DNA from: Candidatus Wolframiiraptor gerlachensis
GTDB taxonomy: Archaea; Thermoproteota; Nitrososphaeria_A; Caldarchaeales; Wolframiiraptoraceae
NCBI GenBank assembly: GCA_021323375.2
Contig: JAJPCT020000017.1
Location: 32,001-96,000, forward strand
DNA: 64,000 nucleotides
Direction: 5' to 3'
The notes under the pieces were generated by a model. That model was not told where the DNA came from, ran no database searches, and worked only from the letters and a program-made list of their open reading frames with translations. Made by a program: the position numbers and the translations under genes. This document shows positions 9,182 through 18,066 of the stretch, one piece after another. Within the stretch, counting starts at the first letter, position 1. Each line of letters starts with the position of its first letter.

Positions 9182-10531
9182 GTGGATGATCTGCAGACCT
9201 TGGAGCCGGAGAAGATCTGTAAGCATATTGTCTCGGAGGCTCTTAAGCGCGGCGCGACCGATGCCGTCGTGGAGGTCTATGTCGGCCGAGAGCACATGAT
9301 AAAGTTCGCTAACAATATGATCGTATCGGCTGAGAGCCGCATCGTGAGCAGCATCAATATATTTGTAGCGATTGAGGGGAGGAGGGCGGCGACTTCGATC
9401 GATGGCCTCAACATACAAAGGGCGAGAGAAGCCTTAGAACATGCCATCCAGCTAGCGAGGCTCGCGCCACCCTCAGATACATATGCCCCGCTACCGAGGG
9501 GGCCATTCAAGTATGATGAGAGGCTCCTGAAGGGGTCTAAGATGCGTGTAGACCCAGATATGCTGGTTGACTCGGTTAATGCCGCGATAAACGCCGCCCT
9601 ATCCGCTGGGGCCGAGAGGGCTGCGGGAAGCCTCGTATATACGCGTGGGAGGACCTGGCTATTGACGAGCGGCGATGCTGGTGGAAGCTATGAGGACTCC
9701 ATGATAGAGCTCTCGATCCGGGCGCTTGCATCCGATAATGCTGCCGGCCACTTTGTCTCAATAGCGGCTAGGCGGGAGGACTTTAAGCCCGAGGAGGCTG
9801 GGAAGAGGGCGGGCGAGCTGGCGGCCATGGCCGTAAACCCCACAGAGGTGGAGCCCGGGACATATGAGGTGCTCCTAGGCCCTATGACCTTCGCGAATCT
9901 CGTCGAGGAGTTTGGAGAACATGACTCGGCATTCCACGTGGAGTCCGGCCTCTCATTCCTCGCTGATAAGATCGGCGAGAACGTTGCATCAGAGAAGTTC
10001 ACGCTAATCGATGACCCGACGATCCCGGGAACACCCGGCGCGAGGCCATTCGATGATGAAGGCCTGCCAACAAGGAGGAATGTTCTCATCGAGAGGGGCG
10101 TCCTCAAGACCTATCTCCATAACTCGGCAACAGCCAAGAAATTCAATACCGAGACCACGGCGAACGCGGGCCTGATAGTCCCACATCCCTTCAACCTCAT
10201 AGTTGAGGGCGGGAGCAGCAGCCTCGACAAATTGATCTCGAGCATAGATGATGGCATATTTGTCACGAATGATTGGTATCTCCGGTATCATAACTATCGG
10301 ACTGGTGACTTCTCCACAATCCCGAGAGACGCGATTCTGAGGATAAGGAAGGGTGGAATAGATGGGGCGGTGAAGGGCTTGAGGATAAGCGACAACATCG
10401 TGCGTGTCTTCAGGAATATCAGGGAGATGAGCGGGGAGCGCTATTGGATACTCTGGTGGGAGGTTGATACGCCGATTTATGCGCCCTATGCCGTGATAGA
10501 TAGGCTGAACTTCACGCGGCCCACATCCTAA
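9182..10531 (+). CDS. TldD/PmbA family protein (TldE-like)
   Basis: IGENVASEKFTLIDDP, PFDDEGLPT, LIERGVLKTYLHN...TANAG. Confidence 0.9.
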   Translation: MDDLQTLEPEKICKHIVSEALKRGATDAVVEVYVGREHMIKFANNMIVSAESRIVSSINIFVAIEGRRAATSIDGLNIQRAREALEHAIQLARLAPPSDTYAPLPRGPFKYDERLLKGSKMRVDPDMLVDSVNAAINAALSAGAERAAGSLVYTRGRTWLLTSGDAGGSYEDSMIELSIRALASDNAAGHFVSIAARREDFKPEEAGKRAGELAAMAVNPTEVEPGTYEVLLGPMTFANLVEEFGEHDSAFHVESGLSFLADKIGENVASEKFTLIDDPTIPGTPGARPFDDEGLPTRRNVLIERGVLKTYLHNSATAKKFNTETTANAGLIVPHPFNLIVEGGSSSLDKLISSIDDGIFVTNDWYLRYHNYRTGDFSTIPRDAILRIRKGGIDGAVKGLRISDNIVRVFRNIREMSGERYWILWWEVDTPIYAPYAVIDRLNFTRPTS

Positions 10532-10557
10532 GCCCGTATATTCCTCGGATGATGCTG

Positions 10558-11349
10558 TTAGAGGCTGAGATCCTCCACCTCTCTATACCACGGCTTGGAT
10601 GTCCCTATCTTGGCGCGCTTAACCCAGTTCTTTGTCTTCTCGGAGCTCTCTATGGCGAGCTTGAGCTTCTCGATATTCTGGAGTATCCTCGCATGCTGGT
10701 CAGCCGTTATCACGCCCTCATCCCTGAACCTGCTCGCAAAGCTCTCGATCTTCCTTAGGTTCTCCAGAGCATCATACCAGAATCCCCAGTCATCTGATAA
10801 TATGCGCCCGATGTATCCAGCATGTATCACCTCTCGCCCATCGGCGTTATCAACCTCATGCGTCATTAGGATCGCTATGACATCGATTATGTCCTTCTTG
10901 TTTATCTGGTGAATCTGGAGCTTCTCCAAGAGCAGGTCTGTTAGGCTTATGGTTGGGTAGTCTAGCTCGAGCCTGCCCTTCCCCGGCTCGCTCCCGAAGA
11001 GGACATCATGGCTGAACTCAAGCCTGTCGAAGAAGATGTCAACCTTCACGCCATCCCTGAAGAATATTAGCCTCTTGTGGCCAAATAGCGTGTTTATGGC
11101 CCTGTTCTCGTCGAAGCCGAGCTCCCTCATGAGACATATCAGCTGCTTCCTCTGCTTACTATATCCGATGACGTCAACATCCGTGAATACCGTCCCGCCA
11201 TCAACTCTGCCAATACTCCTGAAGAACATGACCGCTCTTTCGTTCTCAGTGCAGTGGAGATAGGCTGCCACCGCTCCGAGAATCCTGAGTATTATTCCCC
11301 TGCTTTGGGCCCGCTTCAGCCACCTCGAGCGCGGGGGTCCTCCCAGCAC
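10558..11349 (-). CDS. Nucleotidyltransferase-fold protein; N-terminus probably distorted by an indel
   Basis: LRILGAVA...TDVDVIG...VKVDIF...DLLLEKLQI...KDIID pattern with an intact DxD. Confidence 0.65.
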   Translation of the reverse strand: MLGGPPRSRWLKRAQSRGIILRILGAVAAYLHCTENERAVMFFRSIGRVDGGTVFTDVDVIGYSKQRKQLICLMRELGFDENRAINTLFGHKRLIFFRDGVKVDIFFDRLEFSHDVLFGSEPGKGRLELDYPTISLTDLLLEKLQIHQINKKDIIDVIAILMTHEVDNADGREVIHAGYIGRILSDDWGFWYDALENLRKIESFASRFRDEGVITADQHARILQNIEKLKLAIESSEKTKNWVKRAKIGTSKPWYREVEDLSL

Positions 11350-11625
11350 TAGCTCTAAGGAGAACTCAGTCCAGCAGACACTCCAAGCCCTAGCAATTCA
11401 CCACACAGGACTTTTATTAATCTTATCCTAGTCCACCAAAGAATCTTAAGCTATTCGGCCCTTTTACGAAATATTCTTCGTTGGATGAGGGGTGATGTCC
11501 GGGCCCGTGAGGCGGAACCTAGGCCAGCCCCTCAACTTTTAAGTAGCCAGATTCTAGGGGTTTCCCCATCTCCATCTCCGGCTTTTCGCAGAGATTTATA
11601 TCCCCTAGAGATTAGCCTACTTATT

Positions 11626-12960
11626 ATGTCTAGGGTGCTTGAATATCTTGAGAGGGAGGAACGCGTAATTGGAAGGGTTATCGGCATAAGGTTTTACCCA
11701 ATCGTAGTGGAAAGGGCCTCGGGGTCTAGGGTCTTTGACGTGGATGGTAGGGAGTATATTGATTTCTCATCGCAATGGGCGGTAGTGAATCTTGGGCATA
11801 ATCACCCAGAAGTTATCGAGGCCGTAAGAAATCAGTTGGAGAAGCTGATATTCTCCTCTCACACGAGCTTCCCGAATACCGTCGCGATAGAGCTTGCTGA
11901 AAGGCTCGTGGAGTTGACGCCTGGGAATTTCGAGAAGAAGGTATGGTTCGGCTTAACGGGCTCTGATGCAAACGAGCTCACCTACAAGATCATGCCGATT
12001 TATTCCGGCAGGAGGAGGATGCTCGGATTCCAAGGATCTTATCATGGTCAGACGATGGGCGCATTAAGCTTGTCGGGGCATAAAGCGCTAACTAGGTTCA
12101 TCGGGTTCCCGAATGTCGTCAAAGCGCCCTACCCATATTGTTACAGGTGCCCGTTTAAACAGACTTATCCCGAGTGTGGATTACTATGCCTAGACTTCTT
12201 GGAGAACAATTCTATTGAGAATGCTCCCGCCGAGGATCTGGCCGCCGTGATTGTCGAGCCCGTGCAGAGTGATGGTGGAGTGATCGTCCCGCCCCCAGAA
12301 TTCATTCCAAGGCTCCATAGGATGTGTAGGGATAGGGGAATAAGCCTGATCGTAGATGAGGTTAAGGTTGGATTTGGAAGGACTGGCAGGTTCTTCGCCG
12401 TCGAGCACTTTAACGTGGCTCCGGATGTTATTTCGATAGCTAAACCTATGGCCTCAGGCTTCCCGCTCAGCGCCGTGGTTGGGAGGGCGGAGATAATGGA
12501 TGCGGCGCTAGCGGCCCACCTATTCACGAGCAGCGCTCACCCTGTTAGCTGCGCGGCATCGCTAGCCACGATAAACGTGATCCAGAGGAATGGACTTCTT
12601 GAGACGGCTTCTAGGATGGGCAACTACATCCTTGAGAGGCTTAGGGAGATCGCTGAGAAGCATCAATTGATAGGTGATGTCAGGGGGATGGGGATGATCC
12701 TCGGTGTTGAGCTTGTCAGGGATCATAGGGCGAAGACACCTGCCACGTTTGAGACTGCCTCCCTCGTTTATAGGGCCTATGAGCTCGGCCTCCTCCTAAC
12801 ATATGTAGGGACATATTCCAACGTGGTGGAGATTACGCCGCCACTAACAATTAGCATCGAGGAGGTAGATAGGGCGCTGGAGATCTTCGAGAAGGCGCTG
12901 GATGATGTGGAGAAGGATCGGGTGGATAAGGAGAGTGTTAGAAGGTTCGCTGGCTGGTAA
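11626..12960 (+). CDS. Class III PLP aminotransferase (GABA/ornithine/putrescine aminotransferase-like)
   Basis: DVDGREYIDF, LGHNHP, TGSDANE, SYHGQT, EPVQSDGG, DEVKVGFGRTG, AKPMASG. Start moved to ATG 11626, ~27 nt after TTTATA. Confidence 0.9.
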   Translation: MSRVLEYLEREERVIGRVIGIRFYPIVVERASGSRVFDVDGREYIDFSSQWAVVNLGHNHPEVIEAVRNQLEKLIFSSHTSFPNTVAIELAERLVELTPGNFEKKVWFGLTGSDANELTYKIMPIYSGRRRMLGFQGSYHGQTMGALSLSGHKALTRFIGFPNVVKAPYPYCYRCPFKQTYPECGLLCLDFLENNSIENAPAEDLAAVIVEPVQSDGGVIVPPPEFIPRLHRMCRDRGISLIVDEVKVGFGRTGRFFAVEHFNVAPDVISIAKPMASGFPLSAVVGRAEIMDAALAAHLFTSSAHPVSCAASLATINVIQRNGLLETASRMGNYILERLREIAEKHQLIGDVRGMGMILGVELVRDHRAKTPATFETASLVYRAYELGLLLTYVGTYSNVVEITPPLTISIEEVDRALEIFEKALDDVEKDRVDKESVRRFAGW

Positions 12961-13915
12961 ATGGGATAAATGGGCTTCCATTATCCCATATCTCGAGCCT
13001 GAATCCCCTATCCAGCAGCATCCCCCTAACCTTCTCCTCTAGGCTCGCGGGAACCACGATTATTACGCCCCCCTCCCTTCCATCACCTCTTAGAAGCGCC
13101 CTCCTCACATACTCAGCCGGCTGCAAGTGGGCACCATACATCCTATATGTCTCCCTGAGTATCAGGAAGCATCTATCATCGACCTCGATTAGACCGCCGC
13201 ATCCAATATAATGCCCAACGCTCTCCCTGAAAATCTCCTGGAACTCTTCTCCTAGGAGGAGCTTCTCCGAGAGCCTCGGGATCTTCTCCGAGTCGAGTAG
13301 ATGCCTCGTGTTCAAGTTTAGTATGAATTGAGCATCATACTCCCCCGATCTTCTAATTATGTCTAGGAGACCCATCATCCTGTCCTCTGTTAGGAACCCG
13401 CCCTCCGTCTTGCTAACTGTCTTCACGGGGATTGCTCTCAGCTCTGACATGCTTATCTCATGTATGGCGCGGATGACGCCCTCGGGACTCGCGCCGAGCT
13501 CATGCGGCTTCAGCGTCGTCGGGAGGTCATCAAACTTATACCAGATATCCCTATTCCTCCTCATAATCTCCTCCGCCTCATCCTTCGGCAGCCTCGCCAC
13601 CTCGAGCTTAAGCCTCTTCAACTTCTCCAGATCACGGGGATCAACATTCACCCTCGCTATGTATGCGACATAATCTTGGTCGACTATCTCGCCCCTATGA
13701 GACCTGTATCCTAGGCCTCTTAGGATATAGGCGGCGGCGAACGCCCCACAAAGGCTCTCCTTCTGATCAAGCTCGTTGAGATATTCCCTATGGATCTCGA
13801 GATAGCGTGGCGTTGGGTATACCCTTATCCTGTCTCCGATGCTCTGAAGTATCTTCTCAGCATCAACATCCTTCAGCGTGCTCAGGATCTTCCTTATCTT
13901 AGAATACTGGGACAT
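12938..13915 (-). CDS. Uncharacterised protein with papain/C39-like catalytic pattern (DUF6885-like)
   Basis: QKESLCGAF ... GHYIGCGG ... LILRETY; overlaps the 3' end of the GS-like gene. Confidence 0.55.
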   Translation of the reverse strand: MSQYSKIRKILSTLKDVDAEKILQSIGDRIRVYPTPRYLEIHREYLNELDQKESLCGAFAAAYILRGLGYRSHRGEIVDQDYVAYIARVNVDPRDLEKLKRLKLEVARLPKDEAEEIMRRNRDIWYKFDDLPTTLKPHELGASPEGVIRAIHEISMSELRAIPVKTVSKTEGGFLTEDRMMGLLDIIRRSGEYDAQFILNLNTRHLLDSEKIPRLSEKLLLGEEFQEIFRESVGHYIGCGGLIEVDDRCFLILRETYRMYGAHLQPAEYVRRALLRGDGREGGVIIVVPASLEEKVRGMLLDRGFRLEIWDNGSPFIPFTSQRTF

Positions 13916-15266
13916 AGTTCCTAATCTCCCATGGGCTCACATATCTGTTATATGAGTCGCACTCAACCCTCTTAATCTTGATATATTCGTTTACGAGGTC
14001 TAGGCCAAGCTCCGTCTTAATGTAGCTGTCTTGATCGAGGTATGATAATGCCTCGTCAAGGCTTCTTGGGAGGAGCTCTATATTCCTTCTAACCCTCTCC
14101 TCCGGGGAGAGCTTGTAGGCGTCAACGTTCACTGGGTCTCCAGGGTCGATCTCTTCTCTAATGCCATGCACCCCCGCCGCGATCGTTGCCGCTAGGGCCA
14201 GATAGGGGTTTGCCGCGGGATCCGGTGTCCTAAACTCTATCCTGATATTGCTCTCCTCCTTGCCAGCCCTAGTCGTCGGCACCCGTATTGCCGCCGACCT
14301 GTTATTGTATCCATAGCATATGTTTGATGGCGCCCAAGAGCCTGGAATCAGCCTCTTGTAGGAGTTTACTGTTGGGGCCACGATCGCTGATAAGGCCTTC
14401 ATGTGATGCAGTATTCCGCCTATGAAGTGGTATGCTATCTTGGAGAGGCTTAGCCCTCTTACATCATTCTTGCCGTAGAATGCATTTCTCCCGGTCTTCT
14501 CGTCTAGGGCGCTTATGTGGAGGTGCATCCCGCTTCCCGCATGCCAGTCGAATGGCTTCGCCATGAATGTGGCTACTAGGCCATGTTTGGCCGCAACGCC
14601 CTTCGCCGCATCCCTCAAAACCACCACATCATCAGCAGCCCTCAGAGCTTCTCTATGCTTCATGACTATCTCCAGCTGCCCCGGGCCATACTCCTTGATG
14701 AACCTCGAGACGAATATCCCCGAAGCCTTGAGAGCATTAATTATCTCTAGGGCAATGTCTCCGAGAGTATCATATCCGACTGTTGAGAAGCATTTGGCCC
14801 AGTCCACGGGCTCGACTCTATCCAAGGCCACCTGCCTCAGAATGTAGAACTCTATCTCGGCGGCGCTCTGGAAGATCAGCCCAAGCTCCTCCCGATATCT
14901 TCTCAGGAGCCTTCTCAGGAGGCTGCGCGTGCAGAAGTCCCACTCAGTCCCATCCCTCATCATCATGTCGCAAATTACCCTACCCTGTCCCTGAGAGTAT
15001 GATATCGGGGAGAATGTCTCGAGATCCGGGACTAGGAAGATATCCTCCGACTCAGGGCCGAATCTCGGCTCGGCTAGGATTGTGTCTAGGGCTGTGAAGG
15101 ACTGCATCGCCATCGTCAATCCTATGCCGTGAACAAGCTGATCTTCGAGCTCATCAATGTATGATGCCTTCGCCCTCAAAACACCATCAAGCCCAACATA
15201 AATGAACCTGACAAGCTGGATGTTATTCCTCCTAGCGGCCTCAATTACCTCCTCCAGCTTACCCAT
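13899..15266 (-). CDS. Glutamine synthetase family protein (gamma-glutamyl-amine ligase / PuuA-like)
   Basis: EIEFY, EYGPGQLE, ATFMAKP, AGSGMHLHIS, PTVNSYKRL, WAP...NRSAAIRVP, RIEFRTPDPAANPYL. Confidence 0.9.
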   Translation of the reverse strand: MGKLEEVIEAARRNNIQLVRFIYVGLDGVLRAKASYIDELEDQLVHGIGLTMAMQSFTALDTILAEPRFGPESEDIFLVPDLETFSPISYSQGQGRVICDMMMRDGTEWDFCTRSLLRRLLRRYREELGLIFQSAAEIEFYILRQVALDRVEPVDWAKCFSTVGYDTLGDIALEIINALKASGIFVSRFIKEYGPGQLEIVMKHREALRAADDVVVLRDAAKGVAAKHGLVATFMAKPFDWHAGSGMHLHISALDEKTGRNAFYGKNDVRGLSLSKIAYHFIGGILHHMKALSAIVAPTVNSYKRLIPGSWAPSNICYGYNNRSAAIRVPTTRAGKEESNIRIEFRTPDPAANPYLALAATIAAGVHGIREEIDPGDPVNVDAYKLSPEERVRRNIELLPRSLDEALSYLDQDSYIKTELGLDLVNEYIKIKRVECDSYNRYVSPWEIRNYVPVF

Positions 15267-15391
15267 AGTAATCCACCTTCTCCTAAGCGAGCTAATTAAC
15301 TTTTAAGGAGAACGACTCCTCGGTGAAGAATCTTTTGAGAACGCCGGGTTTTCGTAAAATTCTTATATATGGGTGGCGGCGGCTCAGAATC

Positions 15392-17049
15392 GTGAGCTCT
15401 GACGAGATAGTTTTCGTTAGGAAAACTTCGGGGCTGGTTAAGGAGATCGGCGCCTTCTCCGTGATGGCTATGGCGGCGAACTACGTCATCGCTGATGGCT
15501 TCTACCTATTTACGGCTAGGCAGGGCTATGATGCTCCGGGAGCGAATATACCGCTAGCGATGCTCATCGGCGGGACGATAATGGTTCTAGCAGCCTTCGC
15601 GGTAGTCCTGCTAACCATGGCCATGCTCAGGACAGCATCAGACTATGTTTGTATCTCGAGGATACTCCACCCGCTACTCGGATACGTGGAGGCATTGCTG
15701 GTCTTCGGCGTCCATATCTGGATCGTCGGCGCGCTATCCTTCTTCATGGCATGGTTCTGGGGCAGTGCCATAATTCAGATAGGCCTCGCGACCCATAATA
15801 GCGGCCTAGTTGCGCTGGGAGAATGGCTCTCCACAGATGTAACGGCATCCGTCGTCATCGGGATCATATACGTGCTAGTATTCGGCGTTATCAGCCTGCT
15901 CGGTGTAAAGGTCTACAAATATGTGGTTAACGCGCTCTTCGTTATAGCGCTGGCAGCCGGGATAGCCACGGTGGCTGGGGCAGTGTATACGGCGACGCTA
16001 TCACCCGCTCAGGTCAAGCATCTATGGGATATGACGTATGGCGCTGGAGCCTATGATGAGATAATGAGAGTTGCAGAGGCGACGGGCTGGAGTGAGCATA
16101 TTGCATCATTCACCGGCAATCCGTCTACATGGGGCTGGCCAGGCCCATGGTCGCTCGGGGTGACGCTCTCGCTCAGCTTGGTGGTCTCGGCATATGCCTT
16201 CTGGGGCCTTGAGTTCGCCAACTATATGGCTGGCGAGATAGATAGGCCGAAGAGGAACTTCCTCCTAGGTGTCATAGGTGCAATCATACTCGTCTTCGCC
16301 TACTATCTCTCAATATCATCCCTTACGCTTCTAGGTCTTAGAGAGTTCTTCTCGGCCTACAATTACGTGATGTATACCGAGGCAGCTTACAGCCAGCTCA
16401 CGATCAATCCTGTCCAGACGCCGACTTGGGCCGTTTTCATAGCATCGCTCTTCGGGGGCTGGACCCCGATACTCGCCGTGATAATGTCCCTCGCCGTTCC
16501 CCTTTGGGTGATGAACGGCATTCCCGTCTATATGATGGTGCCCTCAAGGATCGCCTTTGCGCTCGCATTCGATAGATTCTTCCCCGAGAAGCTCGCAGAG
16601 GTTAATGAGAGGTTCCGGACACCACACTGGTCAATAATCTTGGTGATGGCTGGCGCCATAGCAATGATATTCGTCCTAGCATCGCCCGAATATGGACCGC
16701 TCTTTTACGCGATAACCGCGGTTACAGCAGTAACCGTCAAGTGGTTCCTCTCGGCAATTGCCACAACGATCATGCCATACAGGAGACCTGAGATATTCAA
16801 GGAAGGCTATACTGGGACCATCGGAAGGATCCCGGTCGTATCCATCGTTGGTGGAGCAGCGGTGGTCGCGACATTTGCGCTTCTAGTGCTTGGTTTGCAG
16901 GAAGTTGCCAAGGACCCGACACTGAGTCTCACCGCTCTGGATGATAGGCTGGACTCTATTAGCAGTGGTCCTCTATGCCTACTATAGTTGGGTGAATAAG
17001 AAGAGGGCATAGAAGTCAGGAAGATATTCAGCGGATACCGCCAGCCTAG
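15392..17049 (+). CDS. APC family amino acid/polyamine permease; last ~40 codons disrupted by three single-base indels
   Basis: FVRKTSGLVKEIG, MAGEI..PKR, AFDRFFPEKLAEVNERFRTP. Shifted frames give the typical tail PLWMIGWTLLAVVLYAYY...GIEVRKIFS.IPPA* ending at 17049 (ORF track stops at 16987). Confidence 0.85.
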
Positions 17050-17111
17050 GATTGTGACCCGGCCCAGCTTTTTATCCTCCCATTTTTATCTTTCCCGGGC
17101 TGAAAGGGGCG

Positions 17112-18062
17112 ATGGCATCCTTCAAGATCTTCTTCATGGCGGACATACATAATAGCGAACTCGTGTTCAGGAGATTCCTATCCGTCCCAAAGCACTATGA
17201 CGTGGATATCATGATCCTCTCGGGAGACTTGACCGGGAAGGCGATAATCCCTATAGTGGATCTTGGAGGAGGGCGATATCAATATTCCTTCAGGGGCAAG
17301 TCAAATATCGTTGATGGGCCCGAGGAGCTGGAGAGAGCGAAGAGCGAGCTGATGAACTCCGGGATATACCCCTATGTCTGCACTAGGGATGAGGTTGAGG
17401 AGTTGAAGAATGATCCCGAGAAGGTTGACAAGCTGTTCTCGAAGCTGATAACAGAGAATATCGCGAGATGGGTCTCGATGATAGAGGAGCATATCCCCAA
17501 GGACAAGCAGGTAATAGTCATGCCCGGGAACGATGACATATTCGAGATAGACCCGGTTTTAAAGAGGGGTGGCAGAGACATCTATCCCTTAGGAAAACTC
17601 GTTGAACTACCCTTAGGATATGGCATGATATCCTTCGATTATGTTAATCCAACACCATGGAATACGCCGAGGGAGGCGAGTGAAGGGGAGCTTTGGAAGA
17701 TGCTTGAGAAGCTGGTCGACCTTATTGATAGGGATTGGCGCAAGATCATATGCTGTTTCCACGCGCCGCCATATAATACGACGATAGATGTGGCCCCGAA
17801 GCTTGATAAGAATCTAAGGCCAGTATACTCCCTCGGCGAGATCGAGAAGGTTAATGTTGGGAGCAAGTCTGTGAGGAAGTTCTTCGAGAAATATAAGCCG
17901 TTGATGGGGCTGCATGGGCATATACACGAGTCGCCCGGATATGATAAGGTTGGAGGTACTATCGTGTTTAACCCGGGCTCAGAATACTCCTCGGGGATAC
18001 TTAGAGGATTAATCCTCGAGCTGGACAGTGATGGTTTAAGAAGCTGGCATCGCATAGGATGA
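17112..18062 (+). CDS. Icc-related (calcineurin-like) metallophosphoesterase
   Basis: DIH, SGDLTGK, PGNDD, HAPP, LHGHIHES, NPGS motifs. Confidence 0.9.
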   Translation: MASFKIFFMADIHNSELVFRRFLSVPKHYDVDIMILSGDLTGKAIIPIVDLGGGRYQYSFRGKSNIVDGPEELERAKSELMNSGIYPYVCTRDEVEELKNDPEKVDKLFSKLITENIARWVSMIEEHIPKDKQVIVMPGNDDIFEIDPVLKRGGRDIYPLGKLVELPLGYGMISFDYVNPTPWNTPREASEGELWKMLEKLVDLIDRDWRKIICCFHAPPYNTTIDVAPKLDKNLRPVYSLGEIEKVNVGSKSVRKFFEKYKPLMGLHGHIHESPGYDKVGGTIVFNPGSEYSSGILRGLILELDSDGLRSWHRIG

Positions 18063-18066
18063 GAAG

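Noticed and set aside
11485-11625. N-terminal extension of the aminotransferase in the ORF track
   Set aside because: Not protein-like, and contains the hairpin and the TATA box for ATG 11626.
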